A DNA stretch of 64,000 nt, taken from the NCBI RefSeq assembly GCF_964213995.1, contig NC_135803.1:116746001-116810000 (forward strand), written 5' to 3'. The translations under genes and the position numbers were made by a program. The DNA comes from Mustelus asterias (Eukaryota). Shown piece by piece: positions 11,628 to 23,030 of this stretch (positions are counted from its first letter, which is position 1; each line of letters begins with the position of its first letter). Below the pieces are notes generated by a model, which saw only the letters and a list, made by a program, of their open reading frames with translations, made no database searches and was not told where the DNA came from.

Positions 11628-12520
11628 CTTCCCAACAGTGGGTAATATAGAGTGTTAGGCAGGGAGGGGGGGGGCGGGGAGGTTTAAAAATGAAATACGG
11701 ATAACGTGACCACACGCATCCACTGGCCTTTTTATGGTGGTGAGTTTTGGGGCTTCCCTACGTCCTGGCTGGAGGGGTGGGACACTTAATTAACAGACTT
11801 GAATGGGGCTTTCATGGTGCAAGTGGGAGCTCCATTTAAAACTTGCTGCTGCTGCATGAGTTTTCCATGGATCAGGAAACCCAGCAATGAAAGGGGCCAG
11901 GGAACAGGCAGCTTGCCAAAGCAAGTGGCAGCTTCAACACTTCCCGAAGACCAGGTGGAGCCCCTCCCTCACCGAGCCTGATCTCCAACCCAAGCCACGA
12001 ATATCGACCTCTCTTCCATCGGTCCCAGTTATTGACCACTTTGCCCTCCCCACCCCCACCAGCCCCAATTACCACCTACCCAGCTCTAAGCCCAATTTGC
12101 TGATGAGAGTGAATGCTTGAACACTGGAGCCAAACCCAAACATGAGCCAAATTTCAGGATGAGGACACGAGAAAGAGAATAAAATTGCATTAAAACAGAA
12201 GTGTTGATGAATGGGAGAGTGGGCAGGAGACATCATTAAAGAAAAACACATCAGCCATCCTCCATCAATCAAGAGATTACTTCAAAGCTTTGTGCAATGT
12301 AATTTGGTAAAAATAGAAGGACAGATATCAACTTAGGTATTTGAATATTGCTTTCACTGTTGAGCCTGCAGATACCAGACCAAAATATCCTGCAGAGTAC
12401 ACTCCAACAATACTGAGTGACAAGCAATAAATGCTTAAATTCAAGAGACAGCTCAGTGTATAGGTAAAAGATCTTATGTTTTATGTCATAATGGCAGTGT
12501 TTAATGCTGTATGTTCTGTA

Positions 12521-12825
12521 GGGCAGCACGGTGGCACAGTGGTTAGCACTGCTACCTCACAGTGCCAGGGACCCAGGTTCGATTCCCAGCTTGGATTACT
12601 GTCCGTGTGGAGCCTCCACGTTCTCCTTGTGTCTGCATGGGTTTCCTCTGGGTGCTCCGGTTTCCTCCCACAGTCCAAAAGACATGCTGGTTAGGTGCAT
12701 TGGCCATGCTAAATTCTCCCTCAGTGTTAACAAACAGGCACCAGAATCTGGCGACTAGGGGATTTTCACAGTAACTTCATTGCAGTGTTAACGTAAGCCT
12801 ACTTGTGACTAATAAGTAAACTTTA
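12521..12825 (+). mobile_element. V-SINE-type SINE with the alternative tail (tail B)
   Basis: Same head and core, but ends ...ttcacagtaacttcattgcagtgttaa...cttgtgactaataagtaaacttta. Confidence 0.85.
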
Positions 12826-13153
12826 AGAACTTCCATAATATAGCAGAAAATATTTGCTTTGTAAATTCAAAATTAATTATATGAAGCCCAGTATGATATC
12901 TTCTGTAAGTTCTATGTCGCAAATCTGTGCATTGACTGCACATGAGATAGAAAAAATTGTTGAGTTGAATTTTAAAATACACAAATGTCCAAGGAAATTC
13001 AACTTGAAACAAAAATCAGAGGCATTTGACACACATATCCTGTCATTGCTTAATAGTTTCCTGAGTCCAGATTTTGCTGAGTGGCAAAGATGCCACTTTC
13101 ATCTATCATCTTGCACCGAGATGTTTTTGCCAGCAGAAATTTTTACATTTCAA

Positions 13154-14270
13154 GGCCGGAATTCTCCCAAAAAAATTCTAAGTGTTGAATTTGTGCGAAA
13201 ACTGGTATAACTCACGTTTTTTTTTCAGTGGGAGTTCAAACTAGACTCTCCCACACTCTGAGCACTGCAGAGGCCACCAGCATGAATATCATTAGATTTC
13301 AGGGGGTGGGGCCTATTCCCACCCGGAAGGCTGAAAGCAGCGGGCCTCTGCACATGTGCAGTGGCCCCGAACTGATAACCCTCCATTTGCTGGCCAGTTC
13401 GAACACTGGATCCCCGGGACCCCCACAGTGCTGCATCCCCAACCCCCCAAGGCCCGATCACGGCCCTCCCCGACCATTCCGGGGCCAGCCCTGAACCCCC
13501 CGTAACTCCCCATCCCGGACGGCCCTGATCTCCAGCCCTCCACCACCCTCCTCCCCCCCTCACAGTTCTCTCCCCAGCAGTCCCGGCCCTGTGCCCCCCA
13601 GGAAGTGCCAACCCCACAGCAGGCAGACACCCACCCCCAACCCACCCCTATCACTTTCCTCCCTACTGCCCTGACCAATCCCTAGGCAGAGTACCAGCGA
13701 GACCCCCTCCCACTGATTGCCCTGGGCCCTGCCCCACTAGCCCCCACCCCTATAGGCCATGCCCCCTTGGCACTGCGCCATGCCCGGTGGGCAGTGTGAA
13801 GGTGCCCCCTGGGCATGGGCACTTTGCCCCTTGGGCAGTGCCAGGGGCACAGGCTGGCACTTCCAAGGTGCTCATGCCCAGGGGGCACCACCTCCCCACC
13901 GCCTGACTCTCTGGAAGGCTCCGATTGCCCCCCCTTCACTCCAGCAAGATCGTCCTGATTGTTCCCCGAAAGTGGGGGCTACTGTAAACCCCACTAGAAT
14001 GAAACACTGGCGGAGTGGGAGAAGGTAACGGCCCCAGAGAATTCAGTCCCAGGCCCGCTAATTACATTTAAATTATATTAAAAACAGATTAAAGTGACTT
14101 ACCTGGTCCTCCCACTGGTTTCCAGTGCAGATCTGATGGTGCCAGAAATCTGGCGCTGGGAGATGCACTTACGGCGGGAATGCATGCACGAATCCTATGC
14201 ATGCCCAGCCATGAGATTCTCCACCCCATTGCACTATAAAATTAGCTTAGCAGGGTGGGAGAATCACCCC
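13154..14270 (+). mobile_element. MITE-like non-autonomous DNA transposon (PIF/Harbinger-like)
   Basis: Imperfect TIRs ggccggaattctccc / gggagaatcacccc, GC-rich non-coding interior, homologous to 1-687 and 19147-20090. Confidence 0.6.
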
Positions 14271-15235
14271 CCCCTCCCCAAGCATCTTATCCAATATGGT
14301 GCCCTGAAGGGTGCTGTGAACAGGTCAAGCAGATTGAAGAATCATCATTGTAACAAAAGGCTGAATTTTACAAGACCTCTGGAGATGGCCTCAGAGGCGG
14401 GAAGTTTTGTCAAATGGTGGTGGATGTTGTCGAGATGTAAACTGAAATCTTCTCGCCGTAGGATAATACCAATGACGGGAACATCAACAGCATGGCTGTC
14501 GACCAATTGGAGGTTGGCTAAATAATGGTCAGCTGCTGACATTTTACCAGCGTTGGGACATATCTCCACTGTGTGAGGACACCACTAAGGCAGACTGGCA
14601 GGGGTTCCTGTTGACCTGCCTTAAAGGCCATTTCATGGCCTGGAGGGGCCACATGGCAGCAAAGGCTGCACCCCCCAACTCCGACATCGCTGCTGATGGG
14701 TTTACCCCTCCAATTGCCGGGACCAGCCTGCCTGACACCAGCATAGTCAAAAGATTATCATACCCAGCTTTTGTAGACATCTCAACATGGAGACATCTTC
14801 TTTACACTGCAGCCTAAGCAGTGGCTACCAGACTGTTGAGCTGACATTGAAAATTGAAATCAGAAGTTGCTGTCGGTGATATCCTGTTGCTGCTCTATTA
14901 CAGCCATTGCCATTGAAATCTGCACCGAGATTACCATCATGTCATGAATTCAGTCTATTTCCTACTAGTCTTGTGCTAGTTGTCTTGCAAATCAGGAGTA
15001 ACCGAATCTTTAACAGCATAATAAGTGAGCATTATTGCTGAACAACCTCTGTGGCCCTGAACTTTTGTAAAAATGTGGGCCAGAATTCTTCGGCTGTTCA
15101 TGCCGGCGAGATTCTCCCGTCTTGCCGGCAGCGGACCCCCACCCGTGGGTTTCCTGCCGGCGTGGGGTGACGTCAATGGGAATTCCCATTGACAGCAGCA
15201 GGACCAGAGAATCCCGCTGCTACCAAACAATGCAT

Positions 15236-15307
15236 AGTAGAGTGGCGCAGCAGAAGCATGCTGGGTTCATAACCCAGAAGTCGATGGATCAAAACCATTC
15301 TCAGCTA
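15236..15307 (+). pseudogene. Initiator tRNA-Met (CAT)-derived sequence, head of a retroposed chimera
   Basis: 72 nt AGTAGAGTGGCGCAGCAGAAGCATGCTGGGTTCATAACCCAGAAGTCGATGGATCAAAACCATTCTCAGCTA. It has 9 substitutions against the vertebrate tRNAi-Met sequence as recalled, keeps the CAT anticodon, has no CCA and is followed by TTTACCTTTT. Confidence 0.88.
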
Positions 15308-15323
15308 TTTACCTTTTATCTGT

Positions 15324-15757
15324 TTGCACTTCAGTCCCACGCTCCTGATCTACGGACACCTGGTGCGGAGAAGGGCGGGTCGGGATGGCGACCTCCTCGT
15401 GAACCTGCTCCTGGGCCTGGCGAAATGCGCCATTTACAGGTCCAGGCAGAGGGCGATCGAGGGGGCTGTCCATCCTGACTGTCTGCCCCTCTATCGCGGC
15501 TACGTTCGTGGCCAGGTGTCCCTGGAGAGGGAGCATGCGGTGTCCACGGGCACGGTTGACGCCTTCCGCGCCCGTTGGGCACCGCAGGGGTTGGGGTGCG
15601 TTATCGACCCTAATAATCACATTATGATTTGATGTTCTTAAGTTTCCTTTGTACTTTGATTTTTGTTCGGGCTGTTCCCCCTCCTTTTGGGAGCTGTCCC
15701 TTTTACTTTGTCCTGATTTAATTTGAGTTTGTTTATTTGGTTTGACCTTAAAAGAGG
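15324..15757 (+). mobile_element. 3' end of a Tx1-type (L1-clade) LINE: ORF2 C-terminus plus T-rich 3' UTR
   Basis: HFSPTLLIYG...LVNLLLGLAKCAIYRSR...AFRARWAPQG resembles Tx1-family ORF2 C-termini. Stop at 15630-15632, then a T-rich UTR ending AAAAGAGG next to the TSD. Confidence 0.72.
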
Positions 15758-16400
15758 CCAAACAATGCACCACCTCCCGCCGGCTGGAAACACGCAGATG
15801 GGAGTCTGGAGAATCTGACCCATGGAGTTTCATTCCTCCTGAAGAAATTAACATTACAAATTTTGCCTTTTTCCTTGAGGACGTTTCTTTAATCCCTTGT
15901 TTATATCCCAATTTTTATTTTGTTTCCTATGCAACAATTTAAATGTTATTTCAATTTTACTATGTAGTAACAGTGGGCCTTGACAACATCCACATTATAA
16001 GTGCAGCAAAATCCAGGCCAATGTCTATTTGAGAACAAGGACAAGGGTCACAGCTGGGTACACAAGAGTTCACAGTTATTTCCAAACTACTGTTGTTGAA
16101 AGTGGAGAAATAGAGATGCTGATTTTTGCAGTCAGAGACTCTCTGCTTATAATGATTCCGTTTATATTGGGCCTCAGTGGAATGGTTACTGAGTTGGTTG
16201 CTCAGGACAAAACAGCAAACCACAATCTGAAGCAATAGAGTTCAATATTAAATCATTTAAAATGAGCAATAGTCAGATTCTCATCTTAGAGTCAAATATG
16301 ACACCAAGGTTCAGGGCTGCTTCAGCCTCAAACAGTTGCCAAGGAGAGGGGTGCAATCAGAAACCAGGGAACCGAACATGCGGCAGAATCTGAAGACAAT

Positions 16401-17340
16401 GGGCAGAATTTTATGAAAAAAATCTAAGTGCTGAACATAGAATCCCTACAGTGCAGAACGAGGCCATTCAGCCCATCCAGCCTGCACCGACAACAATCCC
16501 ACCCAGGCCTCACTCCTGCAGCCCCATATATTTACCCTGCTAATTCCCCTGACACTAGGGTTAATTTAGCATGGCCAATCAACCTAACCCTCACATCTTT
16601 GCACTGTGGGAGGAGACTGGAGCACCCGGAGGAAACCCATGCAGAGATGGGGAGAATGTGCAAACTCCACAGAGACAGTGACCGAGGCTGGAATTGAACC
16701 TGGGTCCCTGACGCAGTGAGGCAGCAGTGCTAACCACTGTGCCACCGTGCCGCCCATAGGGGGGAAAAATGGAAGAGATTCAGACTCATTTTGTGGGCAA
16801 GTTAAAAAAAAGCAATCTTACGGCTCTTAGTCAAAAAACAAATGCCAAGATGCAATTCTCGCCAGCAGGGGGAGGGGCAGAGCCTAATCTCTTTGGTGGA
16901 GTGGAATGCTGAGCTCTAGGAGTGCCATTGCACAGGTGCCCCGATCTCCTGGTGTACTGAGACATCTCCTATCATCCCCACCCCACACCCTCGACAGAGT
17001 CAGGATCTGCCGTTGATTACTCCCTGTGCCGGGCTACCCCACACCCAACTCCCTGTGGAGAGGGCCCCCCCACGCCCCCAGACATCGCACCAGCCCCCTG
17101 CAAACATCACCCCAGATATCACCCCGTGCCACCCTGATCGCTGGCCCGGCCGATCAACACCACCTCCCCCCAATCGCCGCCCCAGACATCCTCTCCCCCA
17201 ACCCCTGCCGATTGCTGGCAGGGCAAATCAACCCCCCAATTGACACCCCGGCTGATCACCCCCCCCTCCCCTGTAATTCCTAATCAACGCCCCCCGCCCA
17301 CCCATCCAATTCCCAATACTTGGAGGAAATTTCTTCTCAC
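16401..17340 (+). mobile_element. MITE-like element (same subterminal motif), containing a SINE
   Basis: Terminus gggcagaatttt...aatctaagtgctgaa, C-rich interior. The right end is uncertain. Confidence 0.45.
16436..16756 (-). mobile_element. HE1/V-SINE-type SINE (tail A)
   Basis: Full head, core and tail; catag is present at both ends. Confidence 0.88.
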
Positions 17341-17476
17341 CCAGATGTCAGACTAGTAACTACTAGAGTCTGTTATAAAGGATGTGGGTGGGTGACTATT
17401 GGGGTCTTGCAGGGATCATTGCTTGCCCCCACACATTTGCTTTTTAATGATTTGGATGAGGGAATCAAATGTAATA

Positions 17477-18020
17477 TGCATTTGGAATACTGTGCCCAGT
17501 TCTGGTCGCCACACTACCAGAAGGACGTGGAGGCTTTAGAGAGAGTGCAGAGGAGGTTTACCAGGATGTTGCCTGGTATGGAAGGGCTTAGTTATGAGGA
17601 GAGATTGGGTAAACTGGGGTTGTTCTCACTGGAAAGATGGAGGATGAGGGGTGACCTAATAGAGGTGTATAAAATTATGAAAGGCAGAGATAGGGTGAAC
17701 GGTGGGAAGCTTTTTCCCAGGTCGGTGGTGACGTTCACGAGAGGTCATAGGTTCAAGGTGAGGGGGTGGGTGGTTTAACATGGATATCAGAAGGACGTAT
17801 TTTACACAGAGGGTGATGGGGGCCTGGAATGTGCTGCCGGGCAAGGTGGTGGAGGCGGACACACTGGGAACGTTTAAGACTTATCTAGATAGCCACATGA
17901 ACGGAGTGGGAATGGAGGGATACAAAAGAATGGTCTAGTTTGGACCAGGGAGCGGCGCAGGCTTGGAGGGCCGAAGGGCCTGTTCCTGTGCTGTATTGTT
18001 CTTTGTTCTTTGTTCTTTTG
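17477..18020 (+). mobile_element. Young CR1 3' fragment with a (TTCTTTG)n tail, inserted in an older CR1 fragment that continues to ~20415
   Basis: HLEYCAQFWSPHYQKDVEALERVQRRFTRM; near-identical to 44293-45160. Confidence 0.88.
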
Positions 18021-18376
18021 TTACTTCCAAGTCTGCTGATGACATGAAACTTAGTGGGAATGTGAATGCTGCGGAGGATGTTGAGAGGCTTCATGGCAAG
18101 TTAGACAAGTTGAGTAAGTGGGCAAATACATGCAGATGCAGTATAGAATGGATAAGTATGAAGTTAAACACTTCGGTCGGAAAAACAGAACAGTAGAGTA
18201 TTATTTATATGGTGATAGATTAGAAATGATGACATATAAAGGAACCTAGGTGTCCTTGTACACCAATTACTGAAAACAAACATGCAGGTACAGCAAGCAG
18301 TTGAGAAAGCAAAAGGTATGTGGGTCTTCATTGCAAGAGGAGTTGAATATCCAAGCAAAGATGTCTTACTGCAACT

Positions 18377-18900
18377 ACAGTAAGAAGTTTAACAACACCA
18401 GGTTAAAGTCCAACAGGTTTATTTGGTAGCAAAAGCCACACAAGCTTTCGGAGCTGCAAGCCCCTTCTTCAGGTGAGTGGGAATTCTGTTCACAAACAGA
18501 GCATATAAAGACACAGACTCAATTTACATGAATAATGGTTGGAATGCGAATACTTACAACTAATCAAGTCTTTAAGAAACAAAACAATGTGAGTGAAGAG
18601 AGCATCAAGACAGGCTAAAAAGATGTGCCTGTCTTGATGCTCTCTCCACTCACATTGTTTTGTTTCTTAAAGACTTGATTAGTTGTAAGTATTCGCATTC
18701 CAATCATTATTCATGTAAATTGAGTCTGTGTCTTTATATGCTCTGTTTGTGAACAGAATTCCCACTCACCTGAAGAAGGGGCTTACAGCTCCGAAAGCTT
18801 GTGTGGCTTTTGCTACCAAATAAACCTGTTGGACTTTAACCTGGTGTTGTTAAACTTCTTACTGTGTTTACCCCAGTCCAACGCCGGCATCTCCACATCA
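18377..18900. mobile_element. Penelope pLTR palindrome (two inverted pLTR copies plus a 35-bp tail)
   Basis: Arms 18377-18615 and 18627-18865 are homologous to 1489-1725. TSD-like ttactgcaacta (18366-18377) / ttattgcaacta (18901-18912) lies inside a CR1. Confidence 0.88.
18767..18803 (+). ncRNA. Minimal hammerhead-ribozyme motif (mirror copy on the - strand at 18439-18475)
   Basis: CAC-CTGAAGA-A-GGGGC ttaca GCTCC-GAAA-GC-TT-GTG. Confidence 0.7.
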
Positions 18901-19146
18901 TTATTGCAACTATACAGGGTCTTGGTGAGACCACCTGGAGCATCGTGTGCAGATTTGGTCTTATCTAAGAAAGATATACTTGCCATCAAGCAGTGCAGCA
19001 AAGGTTCACTAGAATGATTCCTGGATTGGCAGAATTGTTGTATAGTCAACTAGATCTGAATTCACTGGAGTTTAGAAGAATGAGAGGGGATGTAATTGAA
19101 ACATATAAAATTCTGACAGGACTGGACAGACTAGTTACAGAAATGA

Positions 19147-20090
19147 GGGGAGCGATTCTCCCAGCCCACTGTGCTGCTCGACATCAGCGGGGGCCATTTC
19201 GCGGGTTTCCCGCTGAGCATCACAACCTCCACGCATCTCTGGCACTAAGTTTGTTTGCATAATCAGTTCCGCGCCAGAAATCGGCGCAGAGCCAATTACA
19301 GTATGGAAATTGTCATTTCCATATAATTAGCGGGCCCGTGACTGAAGTCTGTGGGCTCACTAGATCTCTCCCCCGCCCCCCCCCCCCCCCCCAACTTCAG
19401 GAGTGGTCCCCTCCTGCAGGGTTTACTCCTCCTCCCCACTACTGGGGAACAGGCGGCCTGACCCCCTGGAGAAAAGAGAGGCCATTGAGGCCCCCCAGGG
19501 AGGTCAGAGTTAGAGGGAGGTGTCCCTTGGGCAATGCCAGCCTGGCACTGTGGCACTGCCCCAGGGGCAAACTGGCAATGCCCACCGGGCACCTTGGCAC
19601 TGCCCACCATGCACCAGTGCCAAGGCGGTGGGGCCTACTGGAAGCGGGACATATTGGGGGGGGGTGATCAGTTGGGGGAGACCCACTGCCACTCTGCAAT
19701 CGGGATTGGTGGGGAAGGGAGAGAAGAGGGCATTCAGGGCTGGCCATCCGTGTTGGGGGAGGTCGGGGCTGCCGTGGGGGAAGATCGGGGCTGGCCGTGG
19801 GGGTGGGGGGGCGGGGGGGTAACTGGCCGGGGAAGGTCCGGAAGCCCAGCGATCAAGCTGGCCAGTGAACTGAAGGCCAGTAATGGGGGGCCACTGCACT
19901 ATGCTGCCCGCCTCTCAGGTGGGAATAGGCCCCGCCCACAGATTTTCAGACTGAATCACCCTGAGGCACTCTGCAGTGCACAGAGTGACAGAGATTCATT
20001 CTGGAAATCACGCTAAAAAAAAACCGACGGGATTTATCCCCATTTTCCCGCATGTTGAGAACTTAGAATATTTTTGGAAGAATCCCGACC
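19147..20090 (-). mobile_element. MITE-like element (family of 13154) inserted in a CR1
   Basis: Termini ggggagcgattctccc / ggaagaatcccgacc. CR1 sequence resumes on both sides. Confidence 0.62.
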
Positions 20091-20486
20091 ATCCTCTGGC
20101 TGGAGGGTCTTGAACACGGGGTCACAGTCTCAGGATACAGGGTACACCATTTAGGACTGAGATGAAGAGAGGCCTCTTCACTCAGAGGGCGGTGGGCCTG
20201 TGGAATTCTCTACCATAGAAAGCTGTGGTGGTCAAGTAACTGAATAGTTAAAGGAGGAAATAGATAGATTTCTAGACTCTAAAGGTGTCAAAGGAAATGG
20301 GGAGAGCATGCAAGAATGGCATTGAGATAGAGGATCAACCATAATCATATTGAATGCTGGAGTAAGCTCAAAGGGCTGAATGACCTACTCGTGCTCCTAT
20401 TTTCTATGTTTCTATGATAAGTTACAGCAATAACTGGGTATAGGATGCTGGTGATAAAGTATAGCTGGGTGTCATCAATGTATATT

Positions 20487-21065
20487 ACAGAATCACAGAA
20501 TACTACAGTGCAGAAGAGGCCCTTTGGCCCATCGAGTCTGCACCGACGCATGAAAGACCCTGACCTGCCCACCTAATCCCACTTGCCCGCACTTGGCCCA
20601 TAGCCTTGAATGTTATGGTGTGCCAAGTACTCATCCAGGTATTTTTTAAAGGATGAAAGGCATTCTGCCTCCACCACCCTCTCAGGCAGTGCATTCCAGA
20701 TCGTCACCATCCTCTGGATAAAACAGTTTTTCCCCCAAAACCTCCCACCCCTCACTTTTAACTTGTGTCCCCTCGTAACTGACCCTTCAGTTAAGGAGAA
20801 CAGCTGCTCCCTATCTATCCTGTCCATGCCCCTCATAATCTTGAACACCTCAATCAGGTCGCCCCTCAGTCTTCTCTGCTCCAGAGAAAACAACCCAAGC
20901 CTATCCAATCTCTCTTTATAACTTAAATGTTCTATCCCAGGCAACATCCTGGTGAATCTCCTCTGCGCCCCCTCCAGTGCGTTCACATCCTTCCTATAAT
21001 GTGGCGACCAGAACTGCACACAGTACTCCAGCTGTGGCCTCAGCAAAGTTCTAGACAACTCCATC
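20487..21065 (-). mobile_element. CR1 LINE 3' fragment
   Basis: [23 protein letters not shown]...; tail (ttctgtga)n. Confidence 0.88.
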
Positions 21066-21454
21066 ATGACCATGTATATATGCAATCTGATGTCATAATT
21101 TTAGATATCATCACTAACGACCAATTGTTTTACATTGCAACTCCACCAGCTACAGTTTTTGACTTACAACTTCATTGTTAACTGTTGGATCAGCAGTAGG
21201 GCCATCCATATTAAGAATACAGATGATCCTTCCAGCACAGGACAACTGACACTACAGCTTATGTTTCAGTTGATCCCAGTATGTAAGGTCAGAAACGTTG
21301 TACTATGCCAGAAAAACATGAACAAATACCTGTAAAGCCAATAAAAATGAGTACCAAGAAAAGCTGCACGATGGAGTTACAACTGACACTGGAAATAACA
21401 GATAGCCACTTATCATTTGATCTTCATGCACAAACCAGCCCATCGTAAATGACT

Positions 21455-21760
21455 TACGTCATCCGTCAGATGAAATGTCAAACTGTGCTTCTCTCAGGTG
21501 GAAGTAAATAAAGTCCTCAGCACTATTTCAAAGAAGATCATTGGAGTTGACCCTGATGTCATGGTTAATATTTAATTCCAAACAAGATCACTAATTATAG
21601 ATAATTTATCTCATTGCTATTTGTCAGACTTTGCTGTGTGCAATTCAGTTGCCACCTTCCTTACATTATAACAGTAACTAGAGTTCAAAACATTCTTATG
21701 ACTGGAAAGTGCTTTGGTATGTCTTGAGGTTTTTAGTGGTGCTATGAGTGCAAGTCTTTA
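21455..21760 (+). mobile_element. Ancient SINE, probably Deu-domain (SacSINE1/AmnSINE-like)
   Basis: tcagatgaaatgtcaaac...cattgctatttg...ttgctgtgtgcaa...aagtgctttgg resembles the Deu core. Related copies lie at ~57235-57445 (+) and ~59510-59870 (-). Confidence 0.5.
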
Positions 21761-22509
21761 TTTTCATTTAAACCAGGTAAAAATGGTAATTGACAATTTA
21801 ATTATATGTGTTGTATGCTTTATCATAATTTGTTATACTTGCTGAATGCTTCTGTATGTATTTTAAATACATTTTTCGTAGTTTCCCTTTCCCTCACTTC
21901 CACAATCAAAGGCTGATTATTCAGTTACCCTTATCTCTGGAATTATCTTCCCGAACCATTACTTTTCTACTTCTCTTGCAGTAAACTTGTCAAATACTGA
22001 CATTGCGGGTAACTTAGAGACTAGGACAGTGTCGGGATCTGCAAAGGCAAGTCAACGGGCATGAGTGGTCCGCAGACAGGCAAGGAGGTACCAGTCCACC
22101 AAAAAGTAAGGCATTGGAGGAGTTCCATTGCAGGGGACACAGTTGAGGACTTTAATGGGGTGGCATACAGGAGCACCCTCTTGAACATACACACTAAAAT
22201 ATTTGATTCATTGGCAGTTTTTATCATTTTAAAGTTTTTATTGATGGCTTTTATTGCAGGATTTTGGCCAAAAGGATGCTGTGATGGAATGCTGCAGATA
22301 GATTGAAAGTGGAGCAATTGTGAATTGAACAATTGTGGTGAAGAGATGACATCCAAAAGGGAAGGTTGTCAGAGCAGGCACTTACAGCAGCCCATCTAGG
22401 GTAAAGGCACCAACACTCCCTGCCAAATCCAGAAACTCATTGCAATTCATCCAAAAGCTCTCCACAGTAGTTCCATCTAAATCACATTGCCTGCAAGCTT
22501 TAAAAATAA

Positions 22510-23030
22510 TCATGAATGGGATTTGGGCATTGCTGGCATTTAGGCCCAGGTGTTCCCATGTGTTTGCTGCCTTTGTCTTTCTAGATGGTAGCGGTCATGC
22601 AGTTGGAAAATGATGTCAAAGGAGACTTGGTGAATTCCTGCAGTGCATCTTGTAGATGGTACACACAGCTGCTACTGTTCAGCGGTGGTGGAGGGAATTA
22701 ATGTTTCTGGAAAGGGTAGTAATCAACTGGGCTGCATTGTCTTGGACAGTGCCAAATGTCTTGAGTGTTGTTGGAGTTGCACCCATCAGGCAAGTGAAGA
22801 GTACTTCACCACACTCCTAACTTGTGCCTTGTAGATTGTGGATAGGATTTGGGGATGGGGACGGGGGAGGTCAGGAGGTAGTTAGTCGCTGCAGGATTCC
22901 TAGCCTCTGAAATATTCTTATAGTCAAATATTTATATGGCGAGCCCAATTCAGTTTCTACTCAATGGTAGCCTGCAGGTATTGATAGTGGGGGATTCAGC
23001 CATGGTAATGCCATTGAATGTCAATGTTGG
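22510..23030 (-). mobile_element. Non-LTR retrotransposon fragment (family of 9755-10165)
   Basis: Shares the tgcatcttgtagatggtacaca...ggtggtggaggga motif. Confidence 0.55.

Larger units (their letters stand above)
15077..15821. mobile_element. Short MITE (~200 bp) split by a retroposed insertion
   Basis: Termini gggccagaattc / gaatctgaccc, palindromic interior (tcaatgggaattcccattga), interrupted at a duplicated ccaaacaatgca. Confidence 0.55.

Noticed and set aside
13225-14030. Overlapping Gly/Pro-rich ORFs (also 19296-20016, 23273-23915, 40903-41678)
   Set aside because: By-products of GC-rich MITE interiors or microsatellites; no domain signatures or splice structure.
15236-15307. Functional tRNAi-Met gene
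   Set aside because: Substitutions in the acceptor stem, D-loop and T-loop/B-box region, and it lies inside a TSD-flanked insertion.
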